From positions 84,176 to 148,175 of the forward strand of contig JAHYJO010000001.1 in NCBI GenBank assembly GCA_019429125.1: a DNA stretch of 64,000 bases. The letters are read 5' to 3'. This stretch comes from Nanobdellati archaeon (lineage in GTDB: Archaea > EX4484-52 > GLR71). Each line of letters begins with the position of its first letter. The first letter of the stretch is position 1. A program made the position numbers and the translations under genes. Below are positions 10,373-18,893 of the stretch, one piece after another. The notes under the pieces were generated by a model, which saw only the letters and a list, made by a program, of their open reading frames with translations, was not told the DNA's origin and did not search any database.

Positions 10373-10813
10373 ATTAGTGAATTAAATGTAGACAAGCTTG
10401 TAAGTGAAGGTTGGATTAATGCGTGGCTTGTGTTTGATACTCAGGCTGTTGATAAAACTGTTCTAAAAGGACTTTTATCTGGTCTTTTGAATAAGATGAA
10501 ACTTATTAAAGATGTAAAATTTATTAGTGATTCTCTAACTGAGCCTGAACCAATTGAACCTTCCGAACAGTTTACTAAAAAAGGTATAACTAAAGTCTTC
10601 AGTCAGGTGCTTGAGGTTGAGATTCTTGCAAAAGATTTTGAGACTTTATTGTATTTTGTCATAACATTCGGACCTACAACACTTGATGTTCTTGCTCCGA
10701 AATCTATAAAGTTTGATATGCGCCAGATGCAGAATACGCTTATACTTGTTTCTGAACTGATGCATAGTTATGCGGCGGCCGGTGCTGGTGGCATGGTACT
10801 TACAAAAGTATGA
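10373..10813 (+). CDS. conserved archaeal hypothetical protein
   Basis: The ORF track starts at GTG 10430, but the frame is open from ATT 10373, which lies 5 nt after GGTGA. C-terminal 'FVITFGPTTLDVLAP' motif. Confidence 0.7.
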   Translation: MSELNVDKLVSEGWINAWLVFDTQAVDKTVLKGLLSGLLNKMKLIKDVKFISDSLTEPEPIEPSEQFTKKGITKVFSQVLEVEILAKDFETLLYFVITFGPTTLDVLAPKSIKFDMRQMQNTLILVSELMHSYAAAGAGGMVLTKV

Positions 10814-10822
10814 TTGGTTTAG

Positions 10823-11746
10823 ATGTTTAAAAATAAATATTATGGGATATGTGTATCTTTTCTTTTACTCTTATTAATATCTGTTCCTGTGTCTGCTTCG
10901 CAGATAAGAAATCATGATATTGTTATTGCAATTGATGATTTTGGGGTTGCTAAGACCTCTGTTATTGTGGATTATGAATCTTTGACTACTGACGAGATTT
11001 ATTATTTTGTGTTTGCACAGATTGATTCTTTTGGTGCACGGGATGATTATGGGATGCTGTTGTGTAATACTAATAGGTATTCATATGGGACTCAGATAAC
11101 GTGTAAGCCAAACATTGTTGAAACTGTAAATTATACTGTATATCTTGATTTTAATATGGTCGGGTTGCAGTCTGTTTCTGCTGATGGTTTCTTTTTCTCT
11201 TATGATTATGGTATGAAAATTCCAACAAATAATTTTAGCATATCATTTGTGCTTCCTACTGGTACTGCTATGGTCAAGCAGAATTCAGGTATTGCTCCAT
11301 ATTTTCCTGAAGGCGCAGTTATTGGTAGCACTGATGATGGCAGGCATATTACTGTTACTTGGAGTGTGGATGAACCTGAATTAGGTAGTGATTATTCTTA
11401 TAAGGTTTTTTATGAGAAAGTTGTGGAGATTTATGCAAATCGTTGGTTTTATCCTGTTGTTGCATTTTTGAGTATTTTGCTTGTATTATTGTCGTTTATG
11501 TTGTTTAAGTTTAAGAAAGCAAGAAAGATAAAGACTGTTCTTTCTGTTTTGCATGATAGTGAGCGTAAGGTCATTGAGATTCTTATGGCAAATGAAGGTA
11601 AGTGCGACCAAAGGCAACTTGTTAAAGAAACTGGGTTTTCAAAGGCAAAGATGAGTAGGATGATGCTTGACCTTGAGGAGCGGGGTCTGATTACTAAGAC
11701 TCGCCGTGGCAGGACTAATATTATTGAGCTTGTTGAGAAAAAGTAA
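10823..11746 (+). CDS. membrane-anchored winged-HTH transcriptional regulator (paralog of 7609)
   Basis: Same architecture as 7609: signal peptide, 'DGRHITVTW', TM helix, and wHTH 'DQRQLVKETGFSKAKMSRMMLDLEERGLITKTRRGRTN'. Confidence 0.82.
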   Translation: MFKNKYYGICVSFLLLLLISVPVSASQIRNHDIVIAIDDFGVAKTSVIVDYESLTTDEIYYFVFAQIDSFGARDDYGMLLCNTNRYSYGTQITCKPNIVETVNYTVYLDFNMVGLQSVSADGFFFSYDYGMKIPTNNFSISFVLPTGTAMVKQNSGIAPYFPEGAVIGSTDDGRHITVTWSVDEPELGSDYSYKVFYEKVVEIYANRWFYPVVAFLSILLVLLSFMLFKFKKARKIKTVLSVLHDSERKVIEILMANEGKCDQRQLVKETGFSKAKMSRMMLDLEERGLITKTRRGRTNIIELVEKK

Positions 11747-11866
11747 AGATTGAGTTTTTAAGTTTAGAGTTTTTGGTGGTATTTTTATTTATAATGTCAC
11801 CTTTTGTCACCTTGATTATATAATAGCGTCCTCTTCCTGTTATGGGATCCAGTTGAGTAATTAGAT

Positions 11867-12079
11867 TCATTTTAGTTTTTGGACAAATGCATGTTCTGTC
11901 TTTTGTGGATTGTTTAGGCCTATTGGGTTCTTATTGTCATCAACACCTATGATTATCTTTCCCCCTCTGGAATTATAGAATGAGGTTACTAATTGTGCTA
12001 CTTTTTTTGGGTTTGATAATATCTCTTTGAACTCTATGTCACTGTTTTCTTCTTGATTTAATAGTTGTTTAAAGTCCAT
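11867..12079 (-). pseudogene. N-terminal AlbA_2 (Schlafen-like) domain fragment of an AlbA/HATPase/HTH protein
   Basis: 'ENSDIEFKE...VTSFYNSRGGKIIIGVDD' is the AlbA_2 motif; the ORF stops after 70 aa. Confidence 0.75.
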
Positions 12080-12100
12080 GTGTCTATATTGTTTCTTGTG

Positions 12101-12143
12101 CTTGCATATAATTGGGTTACAACTGGGGTGGTGATTTTAGGGA
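12101..12143. repeat. diverged copy of the ~58-bp accessory repeat
   Basis: CTTGCATATAATTGGGTTACAACTGGGGTGGTGATTTTAGGGA aligns with the repeats at 17541 and 18793. Confidence 0.6.
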
Positions 12144-12177
12144 GTTAGAAAAATATTAGAAAAAGAAAAAAGAGGTT

Positions 12178-12591
12178 TTATTTCTTTTTTACTGCCTTAG
12201 TGACTTTAGGAAGTGCTATGACGGGGGGTATTCCTGCCATTTCTGAAAGCATTAGTGCCTTTAGTCCTGCAGTCTTGAAAAGATGGTTTATGATTTCTAT
12301 GTGTTCTGTCTCTGGCAGTTTTTTGTTCTTTGTCCATTCGTCCATTATTTTTTTGTTGTCTTCGCCTGTGTATATGATTGTACCTTCTATGTCAAGTTTT
12401 GCAACTTCTGGTTCAAATGTACTTTTGAAACTGAACTTTATGTTTAATATGTCGCTTTTTGTGCCAAATGCGTTGATGTTTCCTTCTTTTACATCTTCAA
12501 TCTTTGGTACTGTGTTGATTGAAAGCTTCTGGTTTGTGTTTCCAGTTTTGTTAACATTTAATTTATTGTAGTTTATGCTGATTACACCCAT
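12178..12591 (-). CDS. conserved archaeal hypothetical protein
   Basis: 137-aa ORF with a GGTGA RBS; pattern 'FSFKSTFEPEVAKLDIEGTIIY...EWTKNKKLP...GIPPVIALP'. Confidence 0.8.
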   Translation of the reverse strand: MGVISINYNKLNVNKTGNTNQKLSINTVPKIEDVKEGNINAFGTKSDILNIKFSFKSTFEPEVAKLDIEGTIIYTGEDNKKIMDEWTKNKKLPETEHIEIINHLFKTAGLKALMLSEMAGIPPVIALPKVTKAVKKK

Positions 12592-12755
12592 GTTATATCA
12601 CCTATATTTATTTTTGGGATTAAGATTTATAAGGGTTTTGATTATTATTTTGTCTTTTTTGGGTTTGTTGGTATTAGGATAGCAGGTTGTTTATAAATAG
12701 ACTAGGATTGGAATCCCGAAAGCTTTATAATGTGTGTTTGAAAGTTGTAATCTCT

Positions 12756-12785
12756 ATCGGTAGCTTTTGGCTAAAACCTAACGAT
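12756..12785. promoter_or_regulatory. 30-bp imperfect palindrome (candidate operator) upstream of the ATPase TATA box
   Basis: ATCGGTAGCTTTTGGCTAAAACCTAACGAT has 12 of 15 symmetric pairs; TTTATAT follows at 12797. Confidence 0.45.
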
Positions 12786-12826
12786 GTATCAGAAGGTTTA
12801 TATGGTTTTTGAGTGTATTATTTAGT

Positions 12827-14134
12827 ATGAACTCAATTGAGATACTTGAAATATTGAATGATTGGAACTTTTGGAAAAAGAAGCAATTTGTGGGTGTTCG
12901 GCGGTCAGACGTTTTTGATAAAATAAAAAAACTTATAGAACTTGATGAGATTATCGTGATTAGTGGTGCTCGTCGTACTGGTAAATCAACTGTACTTATG
13001 CAGATTTGTGAGGATTTGATAGTTAATGGTGTTGATTCTTGTGATATTCTTATAATTAATTTTGAGGATCCTCGTTTTAAAAGTATTAATCTTGAATTAC
13101 TTAATAAAATATATGATGTTTATTTAACTGATGTATCTGTTGGTTCTGGAAAACAGTATGTTGTTCTTGATGAGGTTCAAATTGTTTCGGGGTGGGAAAA
13201 ATTTGCTCGTTTTTTGCATGAGAATAAAAAAGTGAAGGTATTTGTTATAGGTTCAAGTTCAAAGCTTTTGAGTTCTGAATATTCAACAGTTCTTTCTGGG
13301 CGTTATGTTGATATTGTTATGTATCCTTTATTTTTTAAGGAGTTTGTTGAATTTAATGGTGTGGATATAAAAAATAATTTGGATCTTGTGTCTAAACGCC
13401 ATGCTGTCAAAAAATTATTTTTACAATATATGGAATCTGGGGGTTTTCCGAAAACTGTACTTATTGATGATGCTGATAATCGAAAAGTCTTGCTTAATTC
13501 TTATTTTCAGAGTATATTGATGAAAGATATTGTTATGAGGTATAATATTAACGATGTTTTTAAACTTGAAGAATTGACTAAGTATTATTTGTCAAATATA
13601 TCCTCTTTGCATTCTTTTAATAAAATTAAAAATATTATTGGTGGGAGTATTGACACTGTTGAACGGTATTCATCATATCTTCGTAATGCTTATATGTTAT
13701 TTTTTGTTCGTAAATTTTCATATACTCTTAAAGATCAAATATTGAATCCTCGAAAGGTATATTGTATTGATATGGGTCTTAGAAATTCAGTATCTTTTTA
13801 TTTTTCAAAGGATTATGGGAAGATTATAGAAAATATAGTGTATCTTAAGTTACTTGAAAATAAAGGTTTTGATATTTATTATTGGAAAGATTCTAAGCAG
13901 CGCGAAGTTGATTTTTTAGTTAAAGAGAAAGATAGGATTTGTCAAGCCATACAGGTGTGTTGGGATGTTAGTAATCCTGTCACTAAAAAAATAGAGGTTG
14001 ATGCACTTTTGTCGGCTCTTTCAACATTTGGTCTTAAAGAAGGTCTTGTTCTTACTGAAGATTATGATGAAGTAGTTGTGATTGATGAGAAAAGAATAAC
14101 ATTTATGTCTGTTTGGAAATGGTTGTTTTTGTGA
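12827..14134 (+). CDS. AAA+ ATPase, AAA_14/DUF4143 (COG1373) family
   Basis: Walker A GARRTGKS, Walker B VVLDEVQ, 'GGFP', 'PRKVYCIDMG', and a C-terminal 'EVDFLV...AIQV'. Confidence 0.9.
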   Translation: MNSIEILEILNDWNFWKKKQFVGVRRSDVFDKIKKLIELDEIIVISGARRTGKSTVLMQICEDLIVNGVDSCDILIINFEDPRFKSINLELLNKIYDVYLTDVSVGSGKQYVVLDEVQIVSGWEKFARFLHENKKVKVFVIGSSSKLLSSEYSTVLSGRYVDIVMYPLFFKEFVEFNGVDIKNNLDLVSKRHAVKKLFLQYMESGGFPKTVLIDDADNRKVLLNSYFQSILMKDIVMRYNINDVFKLEELTKYYLSNISSLHSFNKIKNIIGGSIDTVERYSSYLRNAYMLFFVRKFSYTLKDQILNPRKVYCIDMGLRNSVSFYFSKDYGKIIENIVYLKLLENKGFDIYYWKDSKQREVDFLVKEKDRICQAIQVCWDVSNPVTKKIEVDALLSALSTFGLKEGLVLTEDYDEVVVIDEKRITFMSVWKWLFL

Positions 14135-14468
14135 GGAGTTATAATTTATATTGGTAACTGTAGGTATTTATGTTTTTAGTTGTTAATTTTTGATAAAAAA
14201 GAGCAGTGTTTTTTTAAAGCGTTGTTTTCTATCTTTATTTTAAAAAAAAGGCTAATATAGTTTTTTTGAACAATTATGTGTCCATTTGAATCTTTGTTTT
14301 ATTTTTTAAGGGTGTATTATAGGTGTTATTTAGGTAAGTGGAACTGTTTTCAGACAACCTTATATATACTGGCAGATAATATGTAGTTAATCGGTTCTGT
14401 GAGATGTATCAATATTCTCTATAGGACGTAGGTTTTTTATTGAACAAATAAAAACTTGGTGAATAAAT

Positions 14469-16616
14469 ATGCAATTAAGAAAAATCGGAACAGCACTTGT
14501 TGGTGCTGTATTGACGAGCGCAACTCTAATGGGTGGCGCTTTGGCTGCTGATTTGGGAACTTTCCCTGCACCATTCGCAACTGATAATGGAATTCAATCC
14601 ACTATTGTTGTCGGATCAAGTGGATCAGTACAAGATGTTATAGGCGCAATAAACATTGGCGCAGCTCTAGCACAGGTTGGCGGTACAGTCGCTGGCGGTG
14701 TAGGTGCAACTACAACAGCTACAGGAGTAAAGACAGATGATTTAAAACTTAATGAAGCTGTAAATGTTTTAGGTACAACTCTTAAAGGCAATAAAATCGC
14801 AGGTCTTATTGATACAAAAATAACTTTTGATGATGGAACAAAATCAAGAAATTATGATGTTCATGAAGAGATAGGTCTAACACCAACTCTTAAGGTTCTT
14901 TCCAGTGTTGATGATGCTGATTTTGGAGCAGAGATTGTACTTGCAACTATAAATAAACCAGCTGTAACATACACATATGTTTTTGAAAAGGATTCAAACA
15001 TGGATATTTCTAAAATAACAGCTACAAATCCACTTGAAGTTACAATACTTGGTAAGAGACTTAAAATAACTAACGTTGATAATGCATCTAATTCAATAAC
15101 AGTACAAGAAGGTATGGAAGTTGCAATGGGTATGGATACTAAAGTAGAAATTGATGGCAAAGTGCTTGAAGTTACTGCAATAGGTCAGGGTACTGCTGCA
15201 TTCAAAGTTGGTGTACATACGGCATTTATTAACTATAATTCCGAGTCTCCTGTAACTAAAGAAATTGGAACATCCGGTATTAAAGTAACACTTGATAACC
15301 TTCTTTATACAGATGATGCAGGTTCAAGACAGGTTCTTGTAACTGCTGGAACATCAACAACTGATACAATAACTGATGGTGATCCAATGACTATGTTTGG
15401 TGAAGTTGATGATTCAACTGATGCTGTATGGCTTTGGTCTATAGAGGCTTCAGAGACTCCTGGTGAGGAGCTCAGAATTGGTGCTAAACATAACCAGAAA
15501 TATGATGAACTTGATGAAGATGTAATAACTCTTGGCAACAAACTATCATTCCCTAATGACTATGCTGCTATATCTCTTGATGCATTAACTGTTTCCGATT
15601 TTGGTAGATATGAACTATATTTTGAAACGGTTGACTTTACTGTTGGTCCAGATGAACAATCTATTACTACAATTGAAAATGTAAATGTTATAACTTTGCG
15701 TGCAATTGATGGAAACGATGATGGATTTAAAGTCAGTGTACCAGGTAGTATTGATGAAGATGCAGATATTGTTTATATCGGTTTGAAGGATACTACTAAT
15801 GGTGGTCTTATATATGGGTTTAAAAACTCAAATAATAAGAACCAGATTGCATCATACGGTGAGGAATCTGCTGCTGAGTTTAACTTGACTTTTGAAGATA
15901 CAGTTATGGCTGTTGCAGGTGATAATGAAACAAATCAGGTTACTATTACTGATGCAAACAATGACATAATAGCTCTTAATGTAAGTGCTACATGGAATTC
16001 ATTACAAAAGAAAACTGATGCAGAGGCTGATGATGTTGTTATTGCAACTAAATCTAAGGGTACAGAAGAAAATGATGTAAGAATGACTTACGGAACTCTT
16101 ATTTTGGCACCTAAAGCAAATGCAGAGAAGGATAAAGTAATCTTCGAAGTACCTGCTGAAGTTCTTAAAGTAACTGTAACTGTTAGTGGACCTGGTTCAT
16201 CTGTAACTACTGTTGCTGGTGTTGCTGGTGGATACACTCCTGCTGCACTTCCTGCTACAGGTATTGCAAAGCTTGACAGTGATGCTGAAGCTGCAAAGAC
16301 TGGTAACTTAATCCTAGTTGGTGGTCCTGCTGTAAACAGTATTGTTGCTGAACTTGCTGCTGCTGGTAAGACTCGAACTACTGCTCAGTGGAGAACTGAA
16401 ACTGATGGTGTAAGAGATTATAAAGACAGTGCTCTTATACAGGCAGTTGACAGTGCATTCACAAACGGTAAAACAGCTCTTGTAGTTGCTGGTTATGGTG
16501 CTGATGACACAGGTAACGCTGCATACGTTCTACAGAACTATGCTAAGTTCGCTGATCAGCTTGCTGGTAAGTCTGAAGTAACTGTTACAGGTACAACAAC
16601 TGATGCTGTACAGTAA
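14469..16616 (+). CDS. S-layer protein (split S_layer_N / S_layer_C type)
   Basis: 'KIGTALVGAVL...AADLGTFPAPFA...IVVGS', C-terminal 'NLILVGGPAVN...LVVAGYGADDT'; strong codon bias, and its own TATA box and terminator. Confidence 0.88.
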   Translation: MQLRKIGTALVGAVLTSATLMGGALAADLGTFPAPFATDNGIQSTIVVGSSGSVQDVIGAINIGAALAQVGGTVAGGVGATTTATGVKTDDLKLNEAVNVLGTTLKGNKIAGLIDTKITFDDGTKSRNYDVHEEIGLTPTLKVLSSVDDADFGAEIVLATINKPAVTYTYVFEKDSNMDISKITATNPLEVTILGKRLKITNVDNASNSITVQEGMEVAMGMDTKVEIDGKVLEVTAIGQGTAAFKVGVHTAFINYNSESPVTKEIGTSGIKVTLDNLLYTDDAGSRQVLVTAGTSTTDTITDGDPMTMFGEVDDSTDAVWLWSIEASETPGEELRIGAKHNQKYDELDEDVITLGNKLSFPNDYAAISLDALTVSDFGRYELYFETVDFTVGPDEQSITTIENVNVITLRAIDGNDDGFKVSVPGSIDEDADIVYIGLKDTTNGGLIYGFKNSNNKNQIASYGEESAAEFNLTFEDTVMAVAGDNETNQVTITDANNDIIALNVSATWNSLQKKTDAEADDVVIATKSKGTEENDVRMTYGTLILAPKANAEKDKVIFEVPAEVLKVTVTVSGPGSSVTTVAGVAGGYTPAALPATGIAKLDSDAEAAKTGNLILVGGPAVNSIVAELAAAGKTRTTAQWRTETDGVRDYKDSALIQAVDSAFTNGKTALVVAGYGADDTGNAAYVLQNYAKFADQLAGKSEVTVTGTTTDAVQ

Positions 16617-16627
16617 ATTGTTTGAAT

Positions 16628-16663
16628 GAGGAGCTTTATGCTCCTCTTTTTCTTTTCTTTTTT
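16628..16663 (+). terminator. hairpin plus T-tract terminator of the S-layer gene
   Basis: GAGGAGC-TTTAT-GCTCCTC followed by TTTTTCTTTTCTTTTTT. Confidence 0.7.
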
Positions 16664-16761
16664 AATGTTGATTATTTGTTCTTGAAAATTTTATTTTTTG
16701 TGTGGTATGAGTATTTTTATAAGTATTAGGATTCCTTATTCTCTAAAAAATGTGGATATTT

Positions 16762-17071
16762 ATGATTACATCGACTAAAATATTGATTGCTGAATAAGTA
16801 TCAACAGATTTAGCTTTAAGAAATTCCGCAGATAGATTCTTTGATTTTATTGATTCAATTAAACAAGATAATATAATTATTGATTTTAAAACGGTTGAAT
16901 TTATATCTCAATCGTTTGCACATCAGTATTATTTAAGAAAAAAAGTTCTAAAAAAATAATTAATGAAATAAATATGTCATTAAATATAAAAAAATGTTTA
17001 AAATTGTTTCAGAACAAAAACAAAAAAAGCAAGTAATTACTATGAATGCATCTGATGCGATAAGTATTTGA
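16762..17071 (+). pseudogene. decayed STAS-like (DUF4325-type) gene
   Basis: MITSTKILIAE*VSTDLALRNSADRFFDFI...IIIDFKTVEFISQSFAHQY...; in-frame TAA at 16795 and frameshifts in A-runs. Confidence 0.7.
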
Positions 17072-17150
17072 GAAAGTTAGTTGGTTTTTTAGTGATTGGT
17101 GTTGTAGTAATTAATTATATTATACTTTTGTATATTTTATTTTTCCAATA

Positions 17151-17192
17151 TGTCTGCATATAATTTAATGATTACTTTTTGTGATGTGTCTA
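17151..17192. repeat. degenerate copy of the ~58-bp accessory repeat
   Basis: TGTCTGCATATAATTTAATGATTACTTTTTGTGATGTGTCTA versus TGCCTGTATATAATTTAGTGACCACTTTTGGTGGTGTATTTA; the differences are almost all transitions. Confidence 0.7.
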
Positions 17193-17534
17193 TGATGTTT
17201 TTTCAATAACTTCCCAATGTCCACCTTTATCAGGACCTATGCGTTTAAGCCGACCTTTTTCTTTTAGCTTCTTGATGTTTTCTTTTATCTTTCTTTGAGA
17301 AATATCCATCAATTCAGATAATTCATTTGCTGAAATACCAGCATCTTTAAGTATAAATTTTATAATATTCTTTTGATTTTTGGTTAATTTTTCTCCGACC
17401 TTTTCAGTGACCTTTTCTCCGACCTTACCATTCAATATTGAAAGATTTTTTCGTTTAAAAACAGCCACAAACGTACCAAATACATCTTTAAATTCAGTTT
17501 CGGGCTCTTTGAATGTTTTTGTTTCTAAATACAT
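17190..17534 (-). pseudogene. C-terminal wHTH fragment of an AlbA/HATPase/HTH (RecG-C-like) protein
   Basis: 'KVGEKVTEKVGEKLTKNQ...ISANELSELMDISQRKIKENIKKLKEKGRLKRIGPDKGGHWEV' is the typical C-terminus of this family; the N-terminal domains are absent. Confidence 0.7.
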
Positions 17535-17540
17535 AATTGG

Positions 17541-17598
17541 GTTTGTTCAACTTGCCTGTATATAATTTAGTGACCACTTTTGGTGGTGTATTTAGGGA
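17541..17598. repeat. 58-bp perfect direct repeat, copy A
   Basis: GTTTGTTCAACTTGCCTGTATATAATTTAGTGACCACTTTTGGTGGTGTATTTAGGGA, identical to 18793-18850. Confidence 0.95.
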
Positions 17599-17626
17599 GT
17601 TTTACTTAGTTATGTATTTTTTGAGA

Positions 17627-18142
17627 CTAAATTTTGCTATTAATTATTTCTTTGACTTTTGATACAAACATTACTGTATTGATTCTTAATTGTTCTATCT
17701 CATCATTATCAAATAGTATGTTTGCGGAATATGATGCAAGTTCTCGTTTGTTTTTTGAGTCTACATAGAATAAGATGTCTTTATAATTAAGAAAAAGTGA
17801 GATTAATTCTATATCGTTTCTTGTTAATTCTTTACTGTAAAATTCTTTAATTAGGATACAGAGTGTTGCAAGGTGACTTTTTGAAGAATAGCCTTTACTT
17901 AATATTAATGCCAATGCAGCATGGTAACAGGCATAATAACATCCGGTTATTGCCCAGTCTGGATAATTCAACTGTATTGCATCTTTTATGAAATTGAGAT
18001 TATGTTTGGCTTTTTGGAAATGACCTTTTATTTCTCCTTTTGATGATTCTTTTTTAATTATTTTTTTATGTATAAAATTTTCTATTCTTTTTTCAACTAA
18101 ATGTGGATTATTAAGCATATTATTTAATTCGTAGATATTCAT
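17627..18142 (-). CDS. HEPN domain protein (toxin-like partner of an MNT-HEPN pair)
   Basis: 'HFQKAKHNL...DWAITGCYYACYHAALALILSKGYSSKSH...KRELASY'; overlaps the upstream MNT gene. Confidence 0.88.
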   Translation of the reverse strand: MNIYELNNMLNNPHLVEKRIENFIHKKIIKKESSKGEIKGHFQKAKHNLNFIKDAIQLNYPDWAITGCYYACYHAALALILSKGYSSKSHLATLCILIKEFYSKELTRNDIELISLFLNYKDILFYVDSKNKRELASYSANILFDNDEIEQLRINTVMFVSKVKEIINSKI

Positions 18143-18734
18143 CGTAAATGCACGTATAATAGTATATATGGTTGGTTAACGGATAACCTGTCTCAATTGC
18201 AGATTGAATGACTGGTTCTTCTTTAATTTTAATTTCTTTTTTGAATTTTGGAAGTGTGATCTGAAAATCATTTATTTTCATAGATGTTTGTGTCTCAACA
18301 TAGTTTTTTGCATTTGTTGTATCTATTTTTTTATTTGATATGAGCAAAATATCTATATCGGATTCTTTTGTATAATTATTTTTTGCAGTTGATCCGAAAA
18401 GGAACATGATTATCGGTTTTTCGTCTAAGGTGTCTATAAATATGTTAATTGCGTCTTTTCTGAGAGTATTTAATTGTTGCATTTTTTCTGTGTCAAAACA
18501 GGTAAATAATGCATATGTCTCTTTTGTTTTTTTTATTTTGTATCTTTTCATATTCCCTTCTTTTTCAGAACTTAAGATTCTTGAGAGTTCAAGTTTATTT
18601 AGGAATCTGTATGCACTGTTTTCATTAAGTTCTGTTTTTCTGGCAAGTTCTCTAAGGTGAATACATTGATTCTTATTTTCATAGAAGAATCTAAGGATTC
18701 TTTCAATTCCCGGAGTTATAATATTGTTTAACAT
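18120..18734 (-). CDS. wHTH plus minimal nucleotidyltransferase (MNT, antitoxin-like)
   Basis: N-terminal HTH 'HLRELARKTELN' and the NTase motif FGSTAKNNYTKESDIDI. Confidence 0.9.
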   Translation of the reverse strand: MLNNIITPGIERILRFFYENKNQCIHLRELARKTELNENSAYRFLNKLELSRILSSEKEGNMKRYKIKKTKETYALFTCFDTEKMQQLNTLRKDAINIFIDTLDEKPIIMFLFGSTAKNNYTKESDIDILLISNKKIDTTNAKNYVETQTSMKINDFQITLPKFKKEIKIKEEPVIQSAIETGYPLTNHIYYYTCIYDEYLRIK

Positions 18735-18792
18735 ATTTCAACAATTGTTTAATTGTTTTAAACAGTTATATGTTTGTTGGTTATATCAATAT

Positions 18793-18850
18793 GTTTGTTC
18801 AACTTGCCTGTATATAATTTAGTGACCACTTTTGGTGGTGTATTTAGGGA
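18793..18850. repeat. 58-bp perfect direct repeat, copy B
   Basis: Identical to 17541-17598. Confidence 0.95.
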
Positions 18851-18893
18851 AATGTCTTTTAATATTTAAAATTATACATACCTTATCTATTTT

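Noticed and set aside
16795-16797. Stop-codon readthrough or recoding in the STAS-like gene
   Set aside because: The stop is TAA and is accompanied by frameshifts, and all three stop codons terminate intact genes elsewhere; ordinary pseudogene decay explains it.
17541-18850. CRISPR array or classical integron attC interpretation of the 58-bp repeats
   Set aside because: The spacers are gene-sized, no cas or intI gene is in the window, and the repeat lacks the attC R''-L''/L'-R' palindrome.
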